Assembly: GCA_964494885.1 (NCBI GenBank) | Contig: CAZBTH010000003.1 | Coordinates: 5,983 to 69,982, forward strand | DNA: 64,000 nucleotides | Source of the DNA: an uncultured Gammaproteobacteria bacterium | GTDB taxonomy: Bacteria > Patescibacteriota > Microgenomatia > UBA8517 | Direction: 5' to 3' | Shown here: in pieces, positions 55,152 to 64,000 of the stretch | How the letters are laid out: each line of letters starts with the position of its first letter | How positions within the stretch are numbered: position 1 is the first letter of the stretch | The notes under the pieces: generated by a model | Seen by the model: the letters and a program-made list of their open reading frames with translations, nothing else | What the model was told of the DNA's origin: nothing | Databases searched by the model: none | Made by a program: the position numbers and the translations under genes

Positions 55152-55835
55152 ATGTATAAATTTGAAAAGGCTCTGTTTTTTTACAGTATTTTGGCCATAA
55201 CCGTATTTTTTATTTCATTTGGTGTTTTCTCGCCGTCTCCACTAAACTTCATAAGTGGCGTTTTGATGCTCCCTAGCACTTTTTACTTCTGGATAAGGAT
55301 GACTTATCCTGAGCACACAGCCCCGGACAGATGGACCGTAAGGTTCCTTTCGGTTTTGACGCTTCTATCACTTTTTGGCATTTTCGGATTTTACCTACTA
55401 TCAAAAGGCTTACCACAAATCCAAATCCTTACAGTTGAAAATAAGCGTCTCACGACCCAAAACGCAGATCTACTAAACAAACTGGAAAGAACAGACTCTG
55501 AAATGACTAAACTTAAGCAAAATATCGCTACTCCTTCGGCAACCATAAAAGGAGTTGACACGAATGACATAACCGTTGCAGACCTGGTCGCTGGGTCCCC
55601 GACCACAGGCTTAGGACAAAGAATAACAGGCATTACAGGCCAATCTTCAATTGACGTCTACCAATCCACATCTCTTTCCTCCACAAAAATCGGCGCGGTC
55701 GACGCCAACATCACATATCCATATGTAACAAAACAAGACGGTTGGTATAAAATAGTTATAGAAAGTCCAAAAGACCGCCTGCCTGCCGGCAGGCAGGGTT
55801 GGGTAAACGAAAGTCAGGTAATCGAGGTGCAATAA
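55152..55835 (+). CDS. Membrane protein with coiled coil and SH3-like domain
   Basis: Three TMs and GWYKI...GWV; in-frame palindrome cctgcctgccggcaggcagg at 55778-55797. Confidence 0.8.
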   Translation: MYKFEKALFFYSILAITVFFISFGVFSPSPLNFISGVLMLPSTFYFWIRMTYPEHTAPDRWTVRFLSVLTLLSLFGIFGFYLLSKGLPQIQILTVENKRLTTQNADLLNKLERTDSEMTKLKQNIATPSATIKGVDTNDITVADLVAGSPTTGLGQRITGITGQSSIDVYQSTSLSSTKIGAVDANITYPYVTKQDGWYKIVIESPKDRLPAGRQGWVNESQVIEVQ

Positions 55836-55845
55836 TTAAATAAAT

Positions 55846-56649
55846 ATGAAGTCACTGCTACCCAAATTATTATTTTTTTACTCAACAGTTGTTGCACTAC
55901 TGATAACGGTTAGCAGTGGAAGGTTCGTTTTTCTCTTTTTACCAGTTCTTACCTATTTTCTTTTAGAAACCACACGACGGTTCTTTTTCTCGCAAGACCA
56001 GATTCTCTCGGTAGGCATCGAAAAAATATTGATATATTACAGCTTTGTAATAAGCAGCCTTGTAGTTGTAATGGGGTTTGTATCTGCGGGGAGTTTGACC
56101 CAAATGATCTCCGGAGTGATATTTGTTCCATTACTCATTTATTTTGCATCACAGGTTTTTCCCAGAAGAACCCGCGCTGTCCGCCTTCCGAAGACTCCAG
56201 AAATAATAATTCAAACAAACGAGGATAAAGTTGACGAAAAAACCATAAAGCTTAAGAAGGAGGGGGTAGACATTGACCGCAGAACATTTTTAAAGCTAAT
56301 CGGTTCGGCGGGACTTAGCCTTTTCTTATTCTCGATTTTTACCAAGCGGGCAGAGGCTGCATTTTTCGGAAGCGTTCCCGGACCGGGCACTGTTTCTGTT
56401 AAAGATATTGCAGGAAATAAAATTAACCCTGCCGAAAAACAGCCGACAGACGGCTATAGAATCAGCCGGCTCGACGACGCATCCCCCGCCTACTACGGAT
56501 TTACCAACAAGGACGGCGCCTGGTTTGTGATGAAAGAATTGGAAGACGGGTCCTACCTTTACCGAAAAGGAAACTCCGGTTTTGCCGCCGCCTGGGCAGA
56601 ACGAGGAAATATCGGTATTACATACGACGAGTTTGAAAATGTGTTTTAA
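55846..56649 (+). CDS. Membrane protein with internal twin-arginine-like motif
   Basis: Four TMs, then IDRRTFLKLIGSAGLSLFLFSIFTKRAEA. Confidence 0.78.
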   Translation: MKSLLPKLLFFYSTVVALLITVSSGRFVFLFLPVLTYFLLETTRRFFFSQDQILSVGIEKILIYYSFVISSLVVVMGFVSAGSLTQMISGVIFVPLLIYFASQVFPRRTRAVRLPKTPEIIIQTNEDKVDEKTIKLKKEGVDIDRRTFLKLIGSAGLSLFLFSIFTKRAEAAFFGSVPGPGTVSVKDIAGNKINPAEKQPTDGYRISRLDDASPAYYGFTNKDGAWFVMKELEDGSYLYRKGNSGFAAAWAERGNIGITYDEFENVF

Positions 56650-56705
56650 AAAGATCAACTTTAACGCCCCTTGACCTTTAACCTAAAATCAGCTATTTAT
56701 TGAGT

Positions 56706-57203
56706 ATGAAACTTACAAAAGAGATTTGGCTCGTAGTTGCGTTTGTTGCTTTTCTTATGGCTTGGCTTATCGATAGGCTAGCCGGACCTGTATCGATCGC
56801 TGTCGGAAACCCGATTGCATTTCTTTCCTCCTCAAGACTCCTTAACACCTATCCGTTTACGGCGACGGCAATAATCATAAGAACTCTAGCAATTTTTATT
56901 TCAGCAATGTTGATTTTTTCTCTCTTTAACAGGAAATACTTTACCAAAGCCGTAGTACTTACCTTCCTTTGCATTCTGGCCGAATTCTTTTCAATTCAAC
57001 AGCTTGCAACCGGGTTTAGAGTCACCACAATTCAATGGACGCTTTCTATTGCCTACGCAAGCCTCATCTTGGTGGTCGGAATCGTCTGGCTGATTTTAAT
57101 GGGAATCTGGGCAAGCTTTAACAAAGAAGCAACCCCCACCGAAAGCCCCGGCGGGCCAAGAGAAGATTCAGTGCTCGAACCGCCCTCGGAAAATAGAGGA
57201 TAG
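56706..57203 (+). CDS. Four-TM hypothetical protein
   Basis: Hydrophobic ORF. Confidence 0.75.
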   Translation: MKLTKEIWLVVAFVAFLMAWLIDRLAGPVSIAVGNPIAFLSSSRLLNTYPFTATAIIIRTLAIFISAMLIFSLFNRKYFTKAVVLTFLCILAEFFSIQQLATGFRVTTIQWTLSIAYASLILVVGIVWLILMGIWASFNKEATPTESPGGPREDSVLEPPSENRG

Positions 57204-57204
57204 A

Positions 57205-58032
57205 TCACAAATTTTTAAGATATTCCTTTGCCAATTCTTGAAAATTCCCGGCGAACGACATTACCGACTCCCTTTCTTCTATAAACGGAGTTAAATCGTC
57301 TTCAATCATCTCTTTTGTAACTTTTTTAATCTTTTGGTTAATCAGTTTAATAGCCTTAACTTTAGACAAGCCTGTTTGGTTTTCAACCTGAACCCAATTG
57401 GGTTTTATTCCCTTCTCCAGATACCAAATCAGATCATAATAATCCCTGCCTTTAAACCTGACAACATTTTCCACTCCTTCGATTTTCTCTCTGGTTAATA
57501 TTGCGCTGATTTTGCCCGCAAACAAATCTTCAATAGAGTATCTCCTCATCACAAAGGAAAGATTCTCATAACTTTTGGCTGTGACCTCCACCCTTGCATA
57601 GGGCTTGTCGTTTTGAGAAAAATCAATCCGGATATGCAATATATTAGTCTCACTTTGATCTACCGGTAACCCAATTTCTTTGAGTATCGGAAACTTCAAG
57701 TAAATTGTTCTTCTATTGTTTGCAAGTTTAACTGACAAATCGTCAAATTTTAGCCTTTCGGAAAAATAATTTTTTAAAGCATCGGAAAAATCTTCTATGT
57801 TAAAATTTGACCCGACCTCAACGTCAAAATCTAAATCTTCCGAAAGTCTTGGCAGCTTAAAACAAAACCTCAAGGCGGTCCCGCCCTTAAATAAAAGGAT
57901 CTTGCCCCAATTGCCCGTAAAGACGAAGTTGAGTACGTAATACTGAATGGCCTCTTTTAACAGGCTTCTAACATAGAGCTTATTTTTATCTTTATTCTCC
58001 AGATATACTTGTTTTAATTTAGAAAGAAACAT
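57205..58032 (-). CDS. AbiEii nucleotidyltransferase toxin (type IV TA)
   Basis: FKGGTAL, RLSEDLDF, KISA and RDYYDL motifs. Confidence 0.92.
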   Translation of the reverse strand: MFLSKLKQVYLENKDKNKLYVRSLLKEAIQYYVLNFVFTGNWGKILLFKGGTALRFCFKLPRLSEDLDFDVEVGSNFNIEDFSDALKNYFSERLKFDDLSVKLANNRRTIYLKFPILKEIGLPVDQSETNILHIRIDFSQNDKPYARVEVTAKSYENLSFVMRRYSIEDLFAGKISAILTREKIEGVENVVRFKGRDYYDLIWYLEKGIKPNWVQVENQTGLSKVKAIKLINQKIKKVTKEMIEDDLTPFIEERESVMSFAGNFQELAKEYLKNL

Positions 58033-58660
58033 AATTTTTTTCTATACTTTTCAATACCGTTGACATTTTTTTACTCTTGGCTGATTTTACATACAATTTA
58101 AACTCACCCAGATCTTCTTTTGTAAAACTATCCCAATTTATTCTAGCATCCAAAACGGATACACCGATATTCTCCATTCTTTTAAGATAAAAATAATCAA
58201 ACAATGCTTTAGCTTTGGAAGCGATATAAATTGTCTTATCTTGCCATTTCTTTTGCCTAAAACCCAAAAATAAGGTTGACTTAATACTTTTATATATAAA
58301 GTTTCCCAAAAAATTATTATATTTTCTGGTCGTTTTCGTGGTAATTGAAGTTATGGAAAAAACAGATTCGGGGATCAGACCTTCGTTAGAAAGCACGTAT
58401 TCACCGGATATATATGAAGGTTCTCTTAAAACGTTGGTAATATACTCAAAGTAAGGTTCCTTTTCTACTCTTTCGAAAAAAGGGTCGGTTACATACAAAC
58501 CTTTTTTTAAAACTTTCAAATAACCGATTTTAACGAGACGTTCTAATTTTTTGTCAAGATTCCTGCCTTCCTTATCGACAAGGATAGATGCCGTACTTTT
58601 GTTGAAAAAAGGCAATTTCTCGAGCTCCTCCTGATACTTTATTCCAGAAATACTAATCAT
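58019..58660 (-). CDS. AbiEi-type antitoxin/regulator
   Basis: LKKGLY, PSYISGEYVL...GLIPE, ITSIT and KALFDYFY. Confidence 0.88.
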   Translation of the reverse strand: MISISGIKYQEELEKLPFFNKSTASILVDKEGRNLDKKLERLVKIGYLKVLKKGLYVTDPFFERVEKEPYFEYITNVLREPSYISGEYVLSNEGLIPESVFSITSITTKTTRKYNNFLGNFIYKSIKSTLFLGFRQKKWQDKTIYIASKAKALFDYFYLKRMENIGVSVLDARINWDSFTKEDLGEFKLYVKSAKSKKMSTVLKSIEKNYVSF

Positions 58661-58708
58661 TTAGTAGTAATTCTAAAACAAATGGGGGTATTTGTCAAGT
58701 CTTCCCAA

Positions 58709-59431
58709 TCAGAAAAATTTATCCAACTCCATCAAAAGCGGTTTTGGGAATGCGTCAATCGCGGGCTTCATGCTTTTAGGAAGAAAGTGTAAAAGTTCAT
58801 CGCCAAATTTAATTTGTTTTTTCTCCAATATTTCTCGAATTTTCTTCAATTCGTCTTTTTCTGAAACAGTTAGCTCACCATTTTTCAATAAGAAATATAC
58901 ATCATAAAAATCTCTGGGTTTACTTCTTGTAAGTGCTGCTTGAATTTTCTCCCCTATCATTTCTCTTTTAGGCAACAAATATGCCTGATAGGTTGGAATA
59001 TATTCATTCAAAATATCAACTATGTCATAGTCAATACCTATTTTTTTTCTTAATGAAATTTGAATATTAATTGGAATTTTCAAAGTCAAAATATTAACAT
59101 ATAATTTGGCCAAATACCCACCCGTTGTTCCTTTAGACTCTTCAATATCACAATTTAAACCATTGTTTGATAATTCTTCCAAGACAGAAAGAATTATCTT
59201 TTCAATCTCTCTATTGTCAACCTCACAAGCTGAGAAATCTAGATCTTCTGAAAAACGAGGACTTTTATATGCTAGCCTGTATGCAGTCCCGCCTTTAAAA
59301 AGAATTTTATTGGAATTTTCAATTTGATATAACGAAGACAAAAACAGATGCTGGGCATATTCCCTATGAACATTATCAGTTGTAGTTTGAAATTTGTTTT
59401 GTATTATTAACAGTCTTTCGTAAGTTAGCAT
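58709..59431 (-). CDS. AbiEii nucleotidyltransferase toxin
   Basis: FKGGTA, RFSEDLDF, EKIQA and RDFYDV motifs. Confidence 0.92.
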   Translation of the reverse strand: MLTYERLLIIQNKFQTTTDNVHREYAQHLFLSSLYQIENSNKILFKGGTAYRLAYKSPRFSEDLDFSACEVDNREIEKIILSVLEELSNNGLNCDIEESKGTTGGYLAKLYVNILTLKIPINIQISLRKKIGIDYDIVDILNEYIPTYQAYLLPKREMIGEKIQAALTRSKPRDFYDVYFLLKNGELTVSEKDELKKIREILEKKQIKFGDELLHFLPKSMKPAIDAFPKPLLMELDKFF

Positions 59432-59432
59432 A

Positions 59433-60008
59433 TTATTTAAAAACTTTTTTTAATAAATTGTCCAATCGTTTATCGTTAAAATAATTTGCGTAATTAAAAA
59501 TCTTTTGCTTGTCTAGTTTGACAATATTCATTCGATCATTTAAAACTCGCTTGCCTAGAGCTACAAAATATAAATAATCTACAAGCGCTTTCTCGGGATC
59601 AGCTATAAGTATGTCATTAATTAAATCATAACCTGTATAGGCTTGTTTTTTAATTTTATAATATCGATACATAGTCTGTTCGTCGCCAAATTCTCTTGTG
59701 GCCTTTGTGGTTACAGACGTAATTGTATATACAGTCTCCGGGATAATGTTGTGTCTGGAGAGTGCTGTATCTAAAGATATATATGACGGTGAATAAACTT
59801 TGTTCGCAATTCTAAATTTGTCGTTGACTTCATTTCGCAAATAATAAACACCCCTTCGCGGACTAATTAGATACCCTTTAGCCTTATACCTTGAAAGTTT
59901 AACGGCGACAACTTTTCTATCCACATTAAAAATGTTCACAAAATCCTGATTTGTAAATACTTCCAAATTATGCTCTTTTAATGTCTGCCTGATTTGTTGG
60001 AAATTCAT
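59433..60008 (-). CDS. AbiEi-type antitoxin/regulator
   Basis: RRGVY, PSYISLDTAL...IIPE and PEKALVDYLY. Confidence 0.9.
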   Translation of the reverse strand: MNFQQIRQTLKEHNLEVFTNQDFVNIFNVDRKVVAVKLSRYKAKGYLISPRRGVYYLRNEVNDKFRIANKVYSPSYISLDTALSRHNIIPETVYTITSVTTKATREFGDEQTMYRYYKIKKQAYTGYDLINDILIADPEKALVDYLYFVALGKRVLNDRMNIVKLDKQKIFNYANYFNDKRLDNLLKKVFK

Positions 60009-60111
60009 TTTCTTAACAATTATGTTAACTATGTGAATTCATATTAAAACTGATTTGGGGCTTTATCAAGAAATCGTTTGCTTACCAAATTCTGATTTGG
60101 CCAAGCTTTGC

Positions 60112-60501
60112 TTACACACTCTTCTTCCCCACCACAAGCTTCCAGGCAATTCTCTGAACTATATAAGCCCCAAGGCCAATTGCAAAAGTCCAGAAATAAT
60201 TGGTGATTCCAAATCCTGCCACTTGAGAAAATCTGGAAACTATCCAAAAAGCGAAAACGTTTGCGCTAAAAAAATAGCCGAATGTAACCGCGGAGCTATC
60301 GAACTTGATTCCTTTGCTCATAGCAAAATCCCAAAGTACCCAGATGAAAAAAGTTACCCAAAAACCGGTATAAATAGCCGACTCGATGGGATTAAAGCGC
60401 CAGTTGCCCAAAACTATATTTTGAGAAAACATACTTCCGAAAAAATACAAAACAATAGAGTTGACTAACCAATAAGCAAAATATAATAAATGGTTATACA
60501 T
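60112..60501 (-). CDS. Four-TM hypothetical protein
   Basis: Hydrophobic ORF; start placed at MYNH. Confidence 0.7.
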   Translation of the reverse strand: MYNHLLYFAYWLVNSIVLYFFGSMFSQNIVLGNWRFNPIESAIYTGFWVTFFIWVLWDFAMSKGIKFDSSAVTFGYFFSANVFAFWIVSRFSQVAGFGITNYFWTFAIGLGAYIVQRIAWKLVVGKKSV

Positions 60502-60523
60502 AAATCTCACCCCCATTCGAAAC

Positions 60524-60594
60524 AGTGATTAGTGACTAGCGATTAGAGATTAGTTTAGTTCCAGACTATACCCTAAAACCTATACGCTAAACCC
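60524..60594. repeat. Heptamer arrays
   Basis: agtgattagtgactagcgattagagattag and ctataccctaaaacctatacgctaaaccct. Confidence 0.7.
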
Positions 60595-60666
60595 TTTCTG
60601 CAATTTGAATATATCACAAAAACATTCCAACCGAAATGGAAATTTAGTATACTGATTTTGAATAAC

Positions 60667-62244
60667 ATGGCGGCACCAATTTACACTTCAGACCTAACAG
60701 ATCTTCTAACCGATATGGCCTCAACAACGGGCTGGACGGCTCTTGGGGGTGGAGCCGGTGGTTTGGTTGCACCTGAGACCGACTTTTTTATCCAAGGAAA
60801 CAATTGTATTTCCAAAGCAGGCTGGTCGTCTGCCGTAAAGGGAATGGTCTACAATGTAGGCAGCGGCCAGACAGTTGCTAGTGGCAAAGCAGTTTTTATG
60901 TGGATTTATTACTGGGCGCCAAACTCTTTGGACGTTGAAGCTGGCACTCCAGGAGGACTCCAGCTACTTATTGGTAGCTCTACTACAGCCTACAAAGCCT
61001 GGGACATCCGCGGAAAGGACACCCTTACTTACGGAGGTTGGGTTTGCGGAGTAGTCGACCCAACCACCGGCGCTGATGACGTCACCGGCTCTCCATCCGC
61101 CACACTTCAATATTTTGGCGCAACAGCTAATGTTCCGGGGGCGGGTCCATCAAAAGGACAGCCTTTGGGAATTGATGCTTTTCGCCACGGACGTGATTTT
61201 ACCTGCACAAACGGCGACGCCTCAAATGGTTATGCAACTTTTTTAGGAGCCGCCTCTTATAATGACAATGTCACGAGGCGCTACGGCCAAATCCAAGCAA
61301 CTGACGGTGGTTATTTGCAGCAAGGAAGGTTTTTAATGGGATCCTCTTCTATAGCCGTTGACTTTCGCGACAGCAATAAATCAATACTTATAGCCAGGAC
61401 TCCAAAAGTTTCATCTAGCTTCAACACTTTTGAAGTACAAAATGCTGCAAGCCGTGTTGACTGGACAAATATTACCATCACGGCTTTAGGTACAACTTCG
61501 AGGGGAGATTTTGTCACAACCGACAACGCCAACATAAACATTGATAGTTGTACATTTACGGATATGGGAACGTTTGATTTCCAATCGAATAGCACTATTC
61601 TTACATCTACATTTCGAAGGTGTAATTTGGTAACACAAAGTTCTGCCGTCTTCACCGATTGCACTTTTGACTCAACCAATGACTCAACAAAGGCCATTCT
61701 GTCGAACAATCCCGCCAATATTTCAAACTGCACTTTTATTTCTAGCGGCACCAAGCATGCAATAGAGATCAACACGGCCGGAACATATTCTTTTACCGGA
61801 AATGCTTTTGTCGGTTATGCCACCGGCAACGGCTCAACCGGCAATGAAGTTATTTACAATAATTCAGGCGGTTCTGTAACACTTAATCACTCGGGAACTA
61901 CCGGCACTATTTCTGTCAGGAACGGCTCCGGGGCCACGACCACGGTCGCAGTCTCGGCTACATTAACCATTGAAATCCGCAACTCGGATGACGGAACACT
62001 AATCACCCAAAATTGTGAAGTAACCGTTGTCAAGGTGTCAGATGAATCGATTCTTTTTCATGAGGATGATATAACGGACGGCATAACTGAATATTCATAC
62101 TCCACCGGTTCGGGAACATCAATCTATATAAATGTTATTAATACAGCGGGTTATCAAAACAAAGTTGTGTTTCAAACATTGTCTGCAAACAGTGAAACTG
62201 CGAAAGTATTTTTGGATACAGACAGAATTTACACCAACCCCTAA
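60667..62244 (+). CDS. Phage-structural-like protein with beta-helix repeats
   Basis: No signal peptide; G/T/S-rich with repeated xCTF units (DSCTF, TDCTF, SNCTF). Confidence 0.65.
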   Translation: MAAPIYTSDLTDLLTDMASTTGWTALGGGAGGLVAPETDFFIQGNNCISKAGWSSAVKGMVYNVGSGQTVASGKAVFMWIYYWAPNSLDVEAGTPGGLQLLIGSSTTAYKAWDIRGKDTLTYGGWVCGVVDPTTGADDVTGSPSATLQYFGATANVPGAGPSKGQPLGIDAFRHGRDFTCTNGDASNGYATFLGAASYNDNVTRRYGQIQATDGGYLQQGRFLMGSSSIAVDFRDSNKSILIARTPKVSSSFNTFEVQNAASRVDWTNITITALGTTSRGDFVTTDNANINIDSCTFTDMGTFDFQSNSTILTSTFRRCNLVTQSSAVFTDCTFDSTNDSTKAILSNNPANISNCTFISSGTKHAIEINTAGTYSFTGNAFVGYATGNGSTGNEVIYNNSGGSVTLNHSGTTGTISVRNGSGATTTVAVSATLTIEIRNSDDGTLITQNCEVTVVKVSDESILFHEDDITDGITEYSYSTGSGTSIYINVINTAGYQNKVVFQTLSANSETAKVFLDTDRIYTNP

Positions 62245-62256
62245 CCCTACAGCATA

Positions 62257-62298
62257 TTGACAAGTCGTGGACTAAACACTATAATAATTATAGTGTTT
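62257..62298 (+). promoter_or_regulatory. Promoter with overlapping 11-bp inverted repeat (candidate AbiEi operator)
   Basis: TTGACA-17-TATAAT with aaacactataa-taa-ttatagtgttt. Confidence 0.75.
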
Positions 62299-62303
62299 GG
62301 ACT

Positions 62304-62891
62304 ATGAAATATAATAAAAAGTCGATCGCCAGTATTCTGCGTTCTCCAAAAACAGTTTTTACCTTTAAAGACGTTTCATTAATTTGGGGCGACACCAATA
62401 AAAAAAATGTTATAGCAAGCGCTAATTATTACGTTAGAACCGGTCAACTCATTAGAGTTAGAAAGGGAATCTATAGCAAAAACGAAAATTATGACCGAAT
62501 GGAACTGGCTAATAGAATTTTTGTTCCATCATATATTAGTTTCGAAACAGTGTTGGGCAAGGAAGGTGTTAATTTTCAATATTACGGCCAAATATTTATT
62601 GCCTCTTATCTTACCCGTAACATAATTATCAACAACCAAACTTATTCATTTAGAAAAATTAAGAATGAAATCCTTGTAAACCCATTAGGAATCAACAACG
62701 AAAATGACATATCAACGGCAACCAAAGAGCGGGCTTTTTTGGACACCATTTATATAAACGGGGACTATTATTTTGACCACATTGATTCACTTGATTGGAA
62801 AAAGATATTTGAAATCCTTCCAATATATAACAAAAAACAAATGGCCAAAAAAGTTAAATATTGGTACAATTATTTTAAAGAAAACAGATAA
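62304..62891 (+). CDS. AbiEi-type antitoxin/regulator
   Basis: RVRKGIY, PSYISFETVL and ATKERAFLDTIY. Confidence 0.88.
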   Translation: MKYNKKSIASILRSPKTVFTFKDVSLIWGDTNKKNVIASANYYVRTGQLIRVRKGIYSKNENYDRMELANRIFVPSYISFETVLGKEGVNFQYYGQIFIASYLTRNIIINNQTYSFRKIKNEILVNPLGINNENDISTATKERAFLDTIYINGDYYFDHIDSLDWKKIFEILPIYNKKQMAKKVKYWYNYFKENR

Positions 62892-63584
62892 ATGTCGCTT
62901 AATATACCAAAACACAGAGATATCCTTTTACAAATTCTAAAGGATGTATATTCTGATACAACAATTTCTTCATTTTTAGGATTTAAAGGAGGGACCGCCG
63001 CTCTGCTTTTTTATGATTTAAGCCGTTTTTCAGTAGACCTGGATTTCGATTTGATTGATGAAACTAAAGAAGATGAAGTTTTTGAAAAAATAAAAGTGAT
63101 TTCTCAAAAATATGGTGTGCTGGAGGCTAAAAAGAAACGTTTCAATTTGATATTTATTATTTCCTATGCAAAAAATGAGCAAAAGATCAAAATTGAAATT
63201 AACCGCAGACATTTTGGTTCAAAATACCAACTAAGGACTTATTTAGGTATCTCCGTACTTGTTATGAATGAGGAGGATATGTTTGCCCATAAATTGATGG
63301 CTATGAACGAAAGATTTGAGAAAACCAGCCGTGATATATATGACGTTTGGTTCTTTTTGAAAAAAGGTTGGCCAATTAATAAAAAAATTATTGAAGAAAG
63401 ATCGGGTAAATCTTTTATTAGTTTATTAAAAGACAATTTGAATAAATTAGAAAATATGAATAATGGCAATATTCTAAAAGGAGTTGGCGAACTTTTAACG
63501 CAAAGTCAAAAGGACTGGGCAAAGGCAAAACTAAGAGATGATACAATATTTCTTTTGAAATTAAGATTGGAAAACGAAAATTAG
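62892..63584 (+). CDS. AbiEii nucleotidyltransferase toxin
   Basis: FKGGTA, RFSVDLDF, HKLMA and RDIYDV motifs. Confidence 0.92.
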   Translation: MSLNIPKHRDILLQILKDVYSDTTISSFLGFKGGTAALLFYDLSRFSVDLDFDLIDETKEDEVFEKIKVISQKYGVLEAKKKRFNLIFIISYAKNEQKIKIEINRRHFGSKYQLRTYLGISVLVMNEEDMFAHKLMAMNERFEKTSRDIYDVWFFLKKGWPINKKIIEERSGKSFISLLKDNLNKLENMNNGNILKGVGELLTQSQKDWAKAKLRDDTIFLLKLRLENEN

Positions 63585-63624
63585 TATATCAATTCCGTCT
63601 TAAATATATCAATTCCGACGTAAA
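63585..63624. repeat. 20-bp tandem duplication
   Basis: tatatcaattccgtcttaaa / tatatcaattccgacgtaaa. Confidence 0.8.
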
Positions 63625-63684
63625 TATAAATCCCCCTTGACAGACCTTGCCACGGTCGCTGTAAACTGTTTCTAATCGATTTCA

Positions 63685-63728
63685 AAGATTAGAAATATAG
63701 AAGATTAGAAATATAGAAGATTAGAAAT
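63685..63728. repeat. 16-bp tandem repeat, 2.75 copies
   Basis: aagattagaaatatag repeated directly before a start codon. Confidence 0.9.
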
Positions 63729-63730
63729 AA

Positions 63731-64000
63731 ATGGCGAAAATTGTTGATCCAGATTCATTAAACCAAGCAACCGAAGTCGTAATTGATACGACTTTAAAGA
63801 CAATCCAGCTTCTCGCAACCGGAAACTTAAGTAATGCCTCCCCCGGTTCAACGTCCGGCGTTACCCTCCAAGCCGTTTATTCGTTCTTAAAAGAGGAATG
63901 GAAAACCGATACGGCACTAAACAAATTTAAATTTCCCATCAAAATGTTTACGAAGACTGACGGAATCATGATTAACGCTTGGGATTGGAAAGATGCAACC
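63731..64000 (+). CDS. Phage-structural-like protein, 3' partial
   Basis: MAKIVDPDSLNQATEV...GVTLQAVYSFLKEEWK..., open to the window end. Confidence 0.7.
   Translation, partial: MAKIVDPDSLNQATEVVIDTTLKTIQLLATGNLSNASPGSTSGVTLQAVYSFLKEEWKTDTALNKFKFPIKMFTKTDGIMINAWDWKDAT

Noticed and set aside
63585-63728. Possible CRISPR array
   Set aside because: The repeats are directly tandem with no unique spacers, and no cas genes are in the window.

Overview
AT-rich bacterial chromosomal window whose gene content looks like a Candidate Phyla Radiation genome, probably Microgenomates (inferred). Housekeeping genes include uppS, isopentenyl-phosphate kinase, mreB, argS, leuS, M16/M20/M32 peptidases, comEA with a split comEC, two sigma factors, tRNA-Arg(CCT) and tRNA-Pro(CGG). 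Accessory content includes a WxL/Csc-like surface cluster, a giant S74 fibre protein carrying integrase core-binding helices, three AbiEi/AbiEii pairs and two phage-like genes. The main unexplained structure is a repeat system. Four Avd/IVS-like four-helix-bundle genes each have their own 7-9 nt tandem-repeat family; two are bracketed by inverted arrays and two carry the array internally. These and similar repeats recur without the gene, intergenically and as in-frame inserts in argS, leuS and others. A RAYT transposase and its REP palindrome show the same in-frame spread. Unannotated RNA elements include a Leu-rich leader-peptide attenuator upstream of leuS, a T-box upstream of an argA-argE-argS operon, and a tRNA-Arg-like minihelix 2 nt before the argA-like start codon. 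No CRISPR array, rRNA, reverse transcriptase or intact prophage was seen. All calls are by eye; no searches were run.
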